DNA of 64,000 nt from assembly GCA_047495785.1 (NCBI GenBank), contig JBLDXI010000029.1, positions 1-64,000 of the forward strand. The letters are read 5' to 3'. Every line of letters begins with the position of its first letter. The stretch's first letter is position 1. The stretch comes from Lepidodermella squamata (taxonomy: Eukaryota > Animalia > Gastrotricha). A program made the translations under genes and the position numbers. A model generated the notes under the pieces. That model searched no databases and was not told the DNA's origin. It saw only the letters and a list, made by a program, of their open reading frames with translations. Below, piece after piece: positions 13,527 to 34,267 of this stretch.

Positions 13527-13991
13527 TTATCTCTTTTTCTTTTGTTTTTGCTGCTTCTTACCACCGCCACCACCACCACCGCCGCCGCCTTGCTGTCCTT
13601 GATCTTCGGCACCGCCCGCAGCACCACTTGGTTGTTGACGAACTTTCAACTTGCCGATCAGCTCGGCAATGTGGCAGAAAAGAGCTTCGCGATTAGGAAA
13701 CTGCTCAGATACTGGAATGCCATTGTCATTTTTGAGCTGAACACGAACGCGACCACGATACATAAACTTGTCGGGTTCTCGCGGATGTGTCTTGTCTTCT
13801 ACGCCCATATTTAGATTGAGGAACTTACACACATCCCGAATTTCTTCAATAGTCGGATTGTCGACTGCTAAGGCTTTCGGAATCCGCCGACCTTCGGTCA
13901 GGCTCCTTTTGGAGTTCAAATAAACGGGATAAATACAAACCCATCGCTCGCGATCGCTGTAAGTGAACTTCGGGTCCCACGGACGAGCCAT
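13527..13991 (-). CDS. SRP19: Signal recognition particle 19 kDa protein
   Basis: RWVCIYPVYLNSKRSLTEGRRIPKALAVDNPT...HPRE...RGRVRVQLK and a Lys-rich C-terminus; single coding exon of 154 aa. Confidence 0.97.
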   Translation of the reverse strand: MARPWDPKFTYSDRERWVCIYPVYLNSKRSLTEGRRIPKALAVDNPTIEEIRDVCKFLNLNMGVEDKTHPREPDKFMYRGRVRVQLKNDNGIPVSEQFPNREALFCHIAELIGKLKVRQQPSGAAGGAEDQGQQGGGGGGGGGGKKQQKQKKKR

Positions 13992-15298
13992 TTCAAGATT
14001 AAAGCTTTCCCTTTAGTCAACCAAAACTACTCTTTGATTGACTTGGCTGCGGGGAGAAATGAAGAGGCAATGACTGGCCGCGAGAAGGCGCGCCAAATTC
14101 AAAATTGAATTATATAGAATTTCTGATATTATTACAGTATGAGTTATATATTGCTCAAATGTCACGCAAAAATTAAAAGTCATGACCAGTAATCATCGTG
14201 AAAAATTCAAAAATCTTTTGCCGCCGCGATCCGCGATTGATTTTTCATCAGCTGATTAACTGACTGAATATGCCGACGACTGCAGCCGACTTACGTGGCA
14301 GTGTAACTCTTATTAGCACTTGAGACCAAGGTAATACAGGAGTATTTCTTCCTGTTAGACAATTTGGCTGCTAAGGTCGCCAGTATAAAGGCGAGTCGGC
14401 GTTCGAGACCGAAGCCAGACAGCCTCAGGCTTCAGACTTCACTTATTCTTAACAATCGCTCTTCTTCCTTCGCCCTTGGAAGTTGGCATGTTTCGTTTGA
14501 GATAGCTGCAGGATTTTATGTATATGTCCATGCATTATCCTTCTTTTTATAGTTTTTGTATGTTAGACTCGTTGAACATTGAACCTTCCATGTTGAAAAT
14601 TGGAGATAACTTATTCGAAAGGTTACAGCTGTATGCTGGGAACTGGAAATTGAATCCATTTTTTCTAAACATTCAGTTTAGTGACAACCTTATTGAACAG
14701 TACCTCATCTTTAATGAAGTCAACAGGTGACAAACAAGCTGAGTTTTTGACGTTTTCGTACGGGTCTACATATAGACCTATAGAGATGACTGTTTAGATT
14801 TCGCATCTAATCTCACAACCTTTGTATCCACGATCAGGATATCCCGGCTGCGACATTTTTTTTATTTATACAAGATTTTCGGGTGCGCACTGTTCGTTAT
14901 AGCACAAGCCCAAGGACATTCAGCGATGATTTGAAGAAATTAATGTCTACAACTGCAGGGAAGCAATGGTGTTCCATTTTCTGACGATAGCGAGAATTCG
15001 TTCAATATTCTTCCTGTCGTTCTCGGGTTGTTTTGCCAGGCTGATATGATGGTTGTGTAGTTCGGATGATTCTCTGGTTCCGCTTCGCCGTTTAAATATG
15101 TGTCTGAATTTCGAGTAAATTTGGGCGGTACCTCGACCAGCTACGACGATCTTTTATAAGTAGTTTATCACTCCCACGTAGCGTCAATGCCCGATGTTTA
15201 TATTTTTTCCCTTACAATTTATCGTTGTTTTCGCTACTGCCTCTTCAATCATGTTCAATCATTTCATGTTTTATTAGTTTGAATTATTAGCCTGCACG
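13992..15298. promoter_or_regulatory. Divergent (head-to-head) SRP19/FEN1 intergenic promoter region
   Basis: Positional inference only: the ATGs at 13991 (-) and 15299 (+) face away from each other, 1.3 kb apart. Confidence 0.4.
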
Positions 15299-16732
15299 AT
15301 GGGTATTAAAGGATTAGCCAAGCTGTTAGCGGACGTTGCGCCTACGTGCATGAAGGAGAACGACATCAAGTCGTATTTCGGGCGCAAGGTTGCCATCGAC
15401 GCTTCGATGAGCATTTACCAGTTTTTGATCGCTGTGCGGCAAGAAGGCAGCGTTCTGATGAACGAACAAGGCGAGACGACTAGTCACCTGCTAGGGCTGT
15501 TTTACCGCACAATCCGCATAATGGACAACGGCATCAAGCCGGTGTACGTGTTCGACGGCAAGCCGCCATCGCTGAAGGCGGGCGAGCTGATGAAGCGAAC
15601 GGAACGGCGCGAGGAGGCGCAGAAGGAGCTGGCGAAGGCGGAGGAAGCCGGCGACACGGAGGCGATCGACAAGTTCTCACGACGCCTCGTCAAAGTGACT
15701 CCACAGCACAACGACGAGTGCAAGAAGCTGCTGCGGCTGATGGGTGTACCGTACATCGAAGCGCCATGCGAGGCGGAGGCACAGTGCGCGACGCTGTCGC
15801 GGCAGGGCAAGGTGTTTGCGGCCGGCACGGAGGACATGGACGCGCTGACGTTCGGCTCGGCGGTGCTGCTGCGGCACCTGACGTTCAGCGAGATGAAGAA
15901 GGCGCCCATCCAGGAGTACCACCTGGCCAAGGTGCTCGCCGAGCTGGACTTTACGATGGAGCAGTTCGTGGACCTGTGCATTCTGCTCGGCTGCGACTAC
16001 TGCGACACGATCCGCGGCATCGGGCCGAAGAAGTCGATCGAGCTCATCCGGCAGTACAAGTCGATCGAGAGCGTGCTCGAGCACCTCGACACGGCGAAAT
16101 ACCCGCCGCCCGACGACTGGATGTACAAGGAGGCGCGGCAGCTGTTCTGCCGGCCGGAGGTCGACGAGGCCGTGCCCGACCTGAAGTGGGTGGACCCGGA
16201 CGAGGAGGGCCTCGTGGCGTTCCTGTGCGGCGAGAAGGGCTTCTCGGAGGACCGCGTGCGTTCCGGCGCCCGCAAGATCGTCAAGGCCAAGGGCGCGGCC
16301 GTGCAGTCGCGCCTCGACTCGTTTTTCGCCGCGAAGCCGCTGACGCCGAAGAACCCGTACGTTCACTCTCTTTCATTTCTTTAACCTCTTTACTCTTAGA
16401 GTTTGTTTTTCCGAAATTGCATGTATTGCTTGTAGATACTTTGAGGGCTTCATTCAGTAGGAAATATTTAGCTGGTAATAAGAGCGTAAATTGTCTCACA
16501 AACTTGAGTGCATTTAGCCTCCTTTAGCCTAACATCGCGAACGACGTCTGATTTAAGAGGAATGCATATATTTTGTAATGTTTTCTATTTGCTTTGTTCT
16601 GCCAGAGACACGTCAGTTTCGAATCCGGCGAAACGGCTCAAAACCGAGAAGGACGAGAAGGCGAAGGGCGGCAAGGGCGCCACGCCCAAGGCCAAGGCTG
16701 CTGCTGCTGCTGCTAAGGGCAAGAAAAAGTGA
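15299..16732 (+). CDS. FEN1: Flap endonuclease 1; exons 15299-16356, 16606-16732
   Basis: [72 protein letters not shown] and PIP box QSRLDSFF. A phase-2 GT-AG intron joins to the Lys-rich tail. Confidence 0.98.
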
Positions 16733-18454
16733 TAAACTTACCAGTTGAATTCAATTGCTAGAAAATTGCGCAACCTCTGTGTGTGCGTTTTTAATGGCGG
16801 TTTAATCTCTTGTGGTCTTGCATCGTGTTTTATTAGCCAGTCTTGTCGCTGACTAGTCTTTACACTCCTGGTGAAATCTGCTGCTGGATTTTTTTCATAA
16901 TCCGTTTCCGTTTTTTTACTTGCGTGGCTCTAATAAAGCGGTGGCTCATTTTTAATGCAATGAAAAAGCGCCAGTTTTCTAAAACGGAACGAACGAGCTG
17001 AACACCTTTTTTGTTAACATTCATGTATAGGTCCAAAAGTAATGTTATATTGTTGAGTTTGGCAACGGATATACAAATCGAGCTGGCAAGCTAAAAGCTG
17101 AACCTGAACCTTTGGCAATTGGCAGCTGTTTTTTTCTTACAAATTACTGTAATACGAGGAAGTAACTGTGTGTACCTCGTATTAAAAGGATCCATGCCGG
17201 TGCGAAGGTGCTGTGGCTTCGGTATTGGACCGCTCGCTATAAATCACGGGCGAACAACTAATGGACTAATGGAGATAGTATGCTCACGTCGGAATAGTAG
17301 GCTTTTTTGGCGAGACTGTTAATCTGCGAGACATGATCAGCTCTACTCGTGGCGCAACAAGGTATGAATATCGATGTTCGATTTCGGAGAAATCGGCGGC
17401 ATCTCACCGCACACAGACACACAAACTAACTAACAAACAAACACACAGCCGCCCGCATTCCAAACGATTACTAGTGGGTTTTTTCTGTGTTGATGATGGC
17501 AAACGATATCGTGCAGTAGAGCATAATATACGGAATTCCGACGGTTTCATTTACACGCGTTAGGTACACGCGTTTTTTTCGCATGCGCGGCGGCGGCGGC
17601 GGCGCAGTCGATGCGAGTGAGTGTTGGGCTGTGGTTTTAAATTTAGCAGCTTAAGCTATGAAGACTATTATTATTAGGTATGAGATACCTACCTACCATG
17701 TACGATCAGCGCATGTAATACCTAGATAATAAGAGCGTTTCCAAAGCGTAGCACAGGGAGGCAGGCTAGCAGGGAGCTTCTTGTGCTCTCGCCGCATGTT
17801 GGCTCGCCGCATCCGGGTGCGTTACGCTACGCTGCAGAGATACATACATACTACGAATATAATGCATAGGTTGAGTTTTTTACGTAGGTATCATATCATA
17901 GCATCATAGTGGTAGAGCTTAGTTGTCTGACTGACTGGAGTCTCCGCGCTAATCACCCTAATGAACACACACACACACATGTACACATAGGCTTATAGGT
18001 AGTCGTTGTGTTTTTGTTACTTACTACTTGAACTTCAACTACTTGGTATTGTGTTTTTGAGAAGCGTATGCGATCGTGGCTCAATCTATGGAGCTATTAC
18101 TCTTACTCTGCGAGTGTTACGCGTGATACCAAGATGCGCTAATTTAAGCAGCTTTGTACTATAAGTATAGATGGTATCATTCGATTGGTATATAACCGTA
18201 ATCATTTTGGTAGGTTTAGGTAGGTATGCTGTATGGAGCGTAATTGCGTGCTTATTAGACAACATTGATTTGGTGGTACCTCTCTATGTAATACGTCCAG
18301 CTTCTGCAATAATAGTAGAATTGAAGCGATGGAATCATCAATAGCCATCTCACGATGTTTGAATGCTGCCGCTGCCGCTTCGGCATCGCCCAAAAGAAGA
18401 CGAAGGAAGAAACACTACTACGTGCCTAATAGTTGTGTACCTATTTATACGCCT

Positions 18455-18482
18455 CATCATCATCATCATCATCATCATCATC
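18455..18482 (+). repeat. (ATC)n microsatellite (mirrored as (GAT)n at about 68-95)
   Basis: About nine tandem TCA/CAT units. Confidence 0.85.
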
Positions 18483-19473
18483 TTGATCATTGACACTCCG
18501 CATTCACTTTTTAGCGCTTGCAAATCGATTCACACTACCGTCGTAGATGTAGATGTAGATGTACACCTTAATCGCCCCTGTGCTCAGCTGATTTCAGCAT
18601 CATCACGTTGGCTGGCTCATTTTTTTGCAGAGCTATGTTGGCAACGTATGTGTGTGTGTGTTAGAGTTGTTGGCTCGCAATCAAGTTGTTGTTTTGCTGA
18701 TGCATTAAACATACCTTAGGTACCTACATTCGCTTTCTTTAAACGTAGCTAATCTGATCGCATGATGCTCGCTCGAATTTGTTCAAAGTTTGCAATCATC
18801 AAAAATGTGAATGATGTGTCAAACATACTTGCACCTACTATGATCTAGATCATACGTAGTAGTAGTAACATACGGCGTCCTGGATACTGCCAACGACCAC
18901 TAGTTTGCCTCGTGAATCGTGAATCTGTAGACTTACTAGGCAAATAAACATTCACTGTGCGATGCGCGGGTAAATACTTGATACAGGTGAACTGCCTGCT
19001 CTCGCCGGTTCTCCCTTGTCCTGCCTTGTTGTCTCACAACACTGGCAGCTAAACTCCTCCGTTGTTGTTGTTGTTGTTGTTACTGCCCCACGAAATAGGG
19101 GGCAATACCCAGAGTCAGTTCCTGCAGTTTGCAACACCTATGTGCGCAATTTACCTTTCCGATGACGAATTGTTGATGGATTTCTAAAAATTTGTTCTCC
19201 GCTTTTATAGGCTGCGGCCGGAGATATTATAAATACTATATTGTTATTATTCAACAAATCACGAGGCTGTTTTATTGTTGTTCGCCTACCAATAGCAGCT
19301 ATCTCCTGCATTGCCGCGAATATTTGAAGCATTATACAAGAAATCACGACTGAATCGCTCGCTGAATGATGCCGTAAAACCGGCGGCAACAGCAACAACG
19401 ACGACGACGACTACGATTGACTTGGATTGACAGACATAAAATAAGTGTATCGTTGGTCTATACCTAACTAAGT

Positions 19474-27112
<7,639 letters not shown>

Positions 27113-29083
27113 CACTGATCCAAGACACGGAGGAGGAGATGAAACCTCGCTGCTGCTTTTTTCATTTCATTTGTTGTTACTTTTCACGCGACGGCTGAGC
27201 TCGAATACACGACAAACAAGTCTCACGCATCTTTCTCTGTCTGTTTTGCCATTTCCTGCTTCTACTACTACTACTACTACTACTACTACTCCAGAAGGGG
27301 TCACTACGCGTGACTGCCTAACCACCCACAATATGTACCTATGGTTATTGGGTGTTTTCTGCTGCTGGGAGAGTGAGTCTTCCGCTTGAGCAAATCTTCA
27401 AATACACGCTTCTGTGTCTCTACTTTCATCGCCGCCATGCCTCTTAGTACTTCCATGGCGCGAATAATAAATACTTATCATGTTATAAGTAATCGGTTTC
27501 CAAATCGCAGGTGCCAACAGTCAAATTACAATGCTAGCAAGCCCCGTGCCTCAAATAGTCTCCATTATGAATTGTCTCAAGATTTTAGTTCAACTGATGA
27601 ATGTTTTTTTTACGGCATAACACTGTTTTGAGCCATTTTCTATCTGCAACCGATGCTTCAATGTGCGGTTCAACGCGGTCGCATCTTTACTTACAAAATG
27701 CGAATATCGAAGGTCTTCACTTATCACCGTCGTAGCTTTCTTCTGTTTCATTTTCTCTCTCTCTCTCTATCTTTCTGTGCTATAATAATGTTGTTTGTAT
27801 ACTCGAAGAAAAATTATTTGCAGAAAAATTGTTAGTCACGCTTATCTGGTCAGTTACCACCACCAGTGGCTTCATCGCGCTTTGCTCGGTGCCGCTCCTG
27901 TTCTTATTTTGCTGAAATTACTTACGAATTTTCACACTGCTGCTGCTGCTACTATATTATGCATTGTAATTATTATTATTATTATTATTATTTCGAAGAG
28001 CCAATAATTTTTTGTGTTGCCATAATCTATTCTTGATCATTGAGCTCGAAATATAGTACGTATGCCTGCTGCCGGTGGCTGCTCTGTCAACGTCTTCTGC
28101 TTCTTATACTACTGCTTATTATTACTATTATTTCGAAAATTCTGCGGCCGATTCAATGACATGACCGCAATATGATTCAATTCTATTCATGATTATTATT
28201 ATTATTATTATCGAAACTTGAGATGCAACAACGACAAAAAAAGTGAATAAAATCAGAATTCAAAAGTACAGCTTTCACTCCTCTTTCAACAAGCAACGAA
28301 TGCATTTTTTGTTCGGTATAAACTAATTCCGGTCAGGTCCATCTGGTGTTTATGATTTTCTGTTATCACAAATCGTGCAAATTGATCGGGAAATGCCGAT
28401 AGTTGAACCTGCAATCCAGCCAAGCTGCTGACCGAAATCTCGAAACGATTGCGCTGCCTCGTGATTCACACTTTCCACGGTTTCCACCAACTAGATATAG
28501 CACCTGCCCGCTTTCGTATTGCACTTCCATTTGCAGAATGCTCGCGGAATAAAAATCTAGCATCGGAATTGCTTGATTCCGGCGTTTCCTTTTGCCACAT
28601 TGAATTGAGGCTAACAATTAATTCAGGGTTCATGTTATTTTTTAGTTGGGAAAATTTTGAGAACTAGGTAATTGTTTTATTATTTCTAGGTAATTGTTAG
28701 CTCATGCGTTAGGTTCCGCGGTTTCTATCATCTTTTTTGAGAAAATTCATAATGTTTTTGGCAGGTCGAAGTTGAAAAACAACGTTGCTGCAATTCTTCA
28801 TCCTCAGCTTTATTATTTTTATCAGCTTGAAAACTAAAAACGCAATAGTAGGAATACACCAGTTGATTAGTATTTTATCATTTCTCATTGCTCGCAGACG
28901 GAGCAGGAGGCAAAGTTAGCGTGAAACAATTTCACAACTCGCGCGTTATTACATCAGCCTTAACAAAAACTGCACACACTCAAAAAATTAGCCGCAAAAT
29001 ATCATAACCAAATAACGATAGCAGCGTGCTTGGAATGTTCTTGAGACAAACTGCGTTGCATTATAATATTCAGAATAATTTAT

Positions 29084-30942
29084 TCACGACGACTTGGCGG
29101 CAGCAACACCGCCGGTCATCGTCTCGGTGGAGATGTCGACAAGGGCGCGGCGGAAAGCATCGGGCGAGAAGTTGGCCAGCACGTGTTGGCGCGCATCACG
29201 GCCCAAGCGCGACGCGAGACTCTTGTCGTCGACCAACTGCCGCAGGGCGTTGGCGAACGACGCCGGGTTCGGCTCGCACAAAAACCCAGTCGTGCCGTTG
29301 ACGACGGTTTCGAGCGGGCCGCCCGAGGCGCAGGCGACCACGGGACAGCCGGCCGCCATCGCCTCGATGGGTCCGATGCCGAAGTGCTCCCTGTCTGGGG
29401 TGTACACGAAGCACGTCGCCTTCTTCAACAGCCAAACCTTCTCATCGGCCGAGATGTTGCGCAGAAACACGACATGCGAGTCGACTTTGAGGTTGACTGC
29501 CAGCGCGGACAACTCTGCGAAATAGGACACGTTCTCGTGGAGGCGCGCGTCGTACCCGCCGGCGATTATCAGCCGCACGTTCTGGAACTGTTTCGGGGTG
29601 ACGTGGCGGCGGAGTTCGGCGAGTGCGATGATCGCGCGGTCCACGTCCTTTTTGCGTTCGTACCGGTTGATGGAGACGAGCAGCTGCGCGTGGCTGGGCG
29701 ACGCCACGCCCGAGTACGCGTGTTCGCGCAGGTGCACGCAGTCGGGCAGCGGCGACTCGGGCGCGAACGGCTTCAGGTCGGCCGGCACTGGGTAGAGCAC
29801 CCGCAAGCCGGCTGAGCCCAGGCCCGGAAACGTTTCTCGCACGACGCCGGCCGTGAAGTGCGAATTCACCACGACCCGATCGGCCATTGCTGTGGTGGTC
29901 CATTCAACGAAGTCAACCGGCCACCGGTAGATCTACAATTTGAAATATAAAATCATCAGTACTGTTATAAATCACTGAATTTGATTGTTGGAAGCCTTGA
30001 AAACGCTACTTTTAAATCACTACTTTGGGTTAACCCCAAACGTTTTGAAGTTTGATTATTTTGGAAATCGAAGCGACTTCATATTGATGAAGAGTTAAAC
30101 TATATTAATTAAAGGATTCTTGGGAAGTGAGAATTCCGAAAACACCAATGGTGATTTGGTCATTTTTCGATTTTTTCATTACATTATACCAAAACATTCA
30201 TGATCTTGAGAATATTCTCATGATATTGGCGGCTTCGAAAGCTACATAGGTGGCATGCAATTCCTACGAAGCGGCTGTATCCCAAATCCCAATGCTGCTT
30301 GTCCGATTGCTGAATATAATATTGTTCATTCCTTATTTTTTGTTTTATTGTCAAGTTCCGAGGCGAAAAAGTGAAAATTAAGATGTAACCTTAGGGCAGC
30401 TGTTGGATACCTACTTTTGGAAATGTATTGTCATAGCCTCAAATTCATGGTTCCTAGATTGAAAGTTGAAACATATAGCCCACCTTTTTGAGAATGTTTT
30501 TGCGGGGTGAGAGCAACAGATCGGGATAGTGGCAGTAGAAGAGCACCCGGCGGCGTGCCAGTTTGAGAAAAGGCACGCACGCCGACACCTGGTCGGCGAT
30601 GACCAAGTCCGGCCGCGGCCCGGTCATGAAGAAGACGGTCCACAGGGCGACGTAGATCATGCGCAAGTAGGCGCACACGGCGACGAAGCGGCCGAAGAGG
30701 GCGCGCGGCAGCCAGTCGCCGACGCACACCACGTCTAGGGTGCCGTCTCGCGTCTCCACGAACGCGCGCTCCGGCTCGTGGTGCGCGGTGGCGATCTTCA
30801 CGGCGAACCCGGCTTCTTGCAGCGCCACCGCCATGTCGACGATCGCGCGTTCTGCTCCGCCGATGCCGAGGTCGGGGTGCAGGAATAACACGCGCTTCTT
30901 CGCAGCAGCAGCCGGCTCGTGCCCATTCGCATCGCCGGCCAT
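29084..30942 (-). CDS. ALG2: Alpha-1,3/1,6-mannosyltransferase; exons 30942-30484, 29932-29084
   Basis: FLHPDLGIGGAERAIVD, FYCHYPDLLL, VNSHFT, SINRYERKKD, YTPDREHFGIGPIEAM, SGGPLETV; phase-0 intron. Confidence 0.97.
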
Positions 30943-32134
30943 ACTCTCGAGTATAGTACAACTTTTTTATAATTTAAAAAACTAAACCCTAAAAACGGGA
31001 CAAATTTTAATGCAATTCGAAATTTCTGTATCAAATTGTTTGCCATTCAAAATTTCAGAATGTATTCACGTAATTCTGTATGCTTTTTTCCTCTTACTAA
31101 TCAGAATTCGTAATTGTTTAGAAAAGGTTTCGCCTGGAAGTCTGAATGTTTTGTTGAAGTGCAACCTGTTCCAAGCCATTAAAAATTCAAGGAACATAAA
31201 TAATTTAAAAAAAAATAGTGAACAAAATGACGAGTCGTTTGTTATATTATTATTCGAATTTATTCAAAATCGATCTCTCTCAGATATATAGCAATATCCG
31301 TGAAATTGCCGCGGTATAAAAACGAACATTCACGCACAAAATATGATCATAATTATCATCATCATCATCCTCGTGTGAGAAGAAATTGAAGGAAAGCTAG
31401 CTATCGACACAGTTGACACAATTCATCGATTCACGATTGATTGATTGATTGATAGGCTTAAGTCTTCACAAATAATAAATTCATTGCCATAATATGATAC
31501 CATTCACCACCATTAAAAAAGTTGATACCGAGAAAGTCTAGCTAGAAATGAAAAGATGAGAAGAGGCACTTCGACACAAGGAATACAATTAGAAAGTAGT
31601 CACTCCCCGAGAGAAGAAGAAGAAAAACAGCCACTACTATTACAAACTATATAGTTTCAAGGTGTTTGTTAGAACTTTGTTGGTACAAAAATAGTATTAT
31701 AAAAGCTGGTAAGCTAGAAGCCGGCAGGAAAGAGAAGAAGCACAACCGTTCGAGCGTGTTCCGCCAACAGCAACACGCTCCACGTCAAAGCTCTGCAAAA
31801 CATGAGAAAAACATCATATCATATCTTTTATATATTTACTGCATTTCCCCAGTAGTAATCTACGCTCCCAATCAATTTGGGTAACATTTTCAATTCACTT
31901 TAATGCGCCCTAATTTATGCTACAAACATCCTTAATTTTAAAATTGAGACACCAAAGCGCATAAATGAAAAAAATCTTAAAAAATCCAGAAGACTTGATA
32001 TTTGCATGAAAGATATGTTGTTCATTTTATTGTAAAAGTTGGGTCAATTAATGATAATCAGCTTCTGCAAAATGAGCCCTTGTTACATTCTTTATGCAGA
32101 AGTTCTAACCTTGAATTTGAAAAAACGCCTAGCG

Positions 32135-34142
32135 CTAGCTGTTGGCGCTATCGTTATCTGCTAGCTGGTTGCTGCTGCTGCCGTCATAATCATCGTCACT
32201 GCTGGAGGAGGCAATGGCGTCGAAAATCGCAACAATATTACGGAGGCCGAGAACGAAGCCGTCGTCGGGCCCGCTGTACTTGAGGCTGTTGCTCTCGTCG
32301 ACGTCGAGCGGGCACGTCGTATGCGCAAAGTCGACCATGCGCACGTCCACCTCCGCCGCCGAGCCTGTTGTGCCTGTGCCCACCGAGCCGTCGTAGATCA
32401 GCAGCAGCGACGTCGAGAAGAACCGGTAGCCGGCGAGGCCCAGCAGCGTCGCCGTCAGCTCTTTCAATTTGCACCGGAATGCTGCGATCAGTTCTCGCCT
32501 CGCTCCGATAAATTCTGCAATACAAAATAATAATAATGAAAAAATCAATTAGCAGAAAAATAATTGAATCAGTTAGAAAATCGACAGTCGATGCTTTTCG
32601 GATTTCAAAATGCCGAATAACTTATTCAAAGGTTGATTTTTATTATTAATAGTCAATTTGATGGGTTGGTGCAAAGAATATTTTCGCAATCGGCGGCAAA
32701 TTTCAGCCTCTATTGGAAACAGCGTTTTTGTAAGCTCTTCATTGATATTCATGTTCTACAAAACGAAGGCGCTGTTCGAGTGTCTTGCTTGCATTTTAAT
32801 CAACGGATTCCGATAAGGAAATCGATTGGAAAAGTTTCTCAAAAAACTACCAACAATATAACAGTTCTGTCGGTTGGCTTATTGAACATTTTGAAAATAA
32901 CATTTATCGCGTTTCATGGCAAAACTACAGAACAAATTTGATTTGCACTGAATCGCGACGCGTCAAATATGAGCAAATGTTTGAAATTGAAATCGAGCTT
33001 TACCTGAAACACACGACTGAAGCTGCGCGCCGCTGATCGACCGGCCGTAGTATTTGTCTCGAATTTTGTAGGACGCAGTCGCCGGGTCGTACACCTCCAT
33101 GCCGCCGAGGCGCACGCCCAGGTCGCGAGACGTCGTGCCGTCGGCTCGGCGCGTTTTCCTCGCAACTTTCGCCTCGCTCTCGTCGTCGCCGTGCAGCCGC
33201 GTGCCCATCTTCAAATCGAGCACGCAGGGCAGTGAAAACCGCTGCGTGAGATTTTCCAGCAGGATAAACCGCTGCCCGCCGTCTTTGGTGATTTTCAGAC
33301 GCAGCTTATTCAGGGCTTCGGCGCAGTGTTCCAACGACCACGGGTGCACGGATCGCGACCGCGCCTCGATTGCAGATCTCGACAGGCGGTTCGACTGCAG
33401 CTCGTTCGGCGGCTCGATTTCCACCGTTTCCTCGTGCATTCGAATTCGAAAATCGTTGTTGCTCGCATTGCTGCTGATTGGCGTGGTTGGCGTGGTGACG
33501 GCCGCGTTTGAATTGAGCGAGTCCTGCCGCGAGGGCGGTTTCGAAACAACGGAAATGTTAGAACTATCGCTGAGCTGGAGTGGGCTGCCTATGAGGTGAG
33601 CAACGCTGTTTTCATCCTCGAGCCATGCCACGTCAATAGCACCCTACAAATCATTGTACAAAAAATCACTTTCAATCATAAGTAAGAACAGAAAAATCAG
33701 CAACGCATTAGATCGAAATCAAAACTGCCCGAGGATTTTGTAATATTATATTTTGCGATATGAGTGAAATATCATCACCGCTGCAGTAGCGATTGCGATA
33801 TAACAGTGACAAGTTTTCAAAATAATTCGAATTTCAGTTTGCCACATATGGGGATGTAAAAACCTTTTGTCCCTTGGGCTGAATTGACTGTACCTTGAAA
33901 CGTGGCACGTGAGGCGCAAGTCTTGCCGGCATAGTCGAATAGAAGTGCAATTCTCGCTGAGTTAGCGGTTTACACAGTGTGTGCTTGTCATACTTCAGCA
34001 GCAAATTATGCCCAGTGACTTGATGCCAGAATAACCGAAGTTCGGAGCCACATCCTAGTCCATTTGAAGAGAAATTGATTGATTTCGAAGAAGTTGGCGG
34101 TGTACGCGCTGCTTCTTCATTCACACTGCTAGCTGCTTCCAT
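32135..34142 (-). CDS. IP6K: Inositol hexakisphosphate kinase (IPK family); exons 34142-33894, 33643-33004, 32514-32135
   Basis: FWHQVTGH, CKPL..RELHFY, FILLENLT, PCVLDLKMGTRLHGDD, KYYGR, YRFFSTSLLLIYDG, VRMVDFAH, GPDDGFVLGL. Confidence 0.92.
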
Positions 34143-34267
34143 CCAACACTCATTTGTCGGTGATCACAACTCAAAATAAAAATCTAACAAAATACAAATT
34201 GAGATGGGACAATGAAAAATGACTGAGCACTTGTTGTTGCAATTGCTTCATCAACGGTTTTCTAGTA

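Larger units (their letters stand above)
9828..18533 (+). repeat. Right arm of the inverted duplication (intact, probably true genomic copy)
   Basis: Reverse complement of 16-8723. It carries intact reading frames and continues seamlessly into unique sequence on both sides. Confidence 0.97.

Noticed and set aside
28330-28620. Possible second endonuclease/TE remnant (LVETVESVNHEAAQSFRDFGQQL on the minus strand)
   Set aside because: The similarity is too short and degenerate to call.
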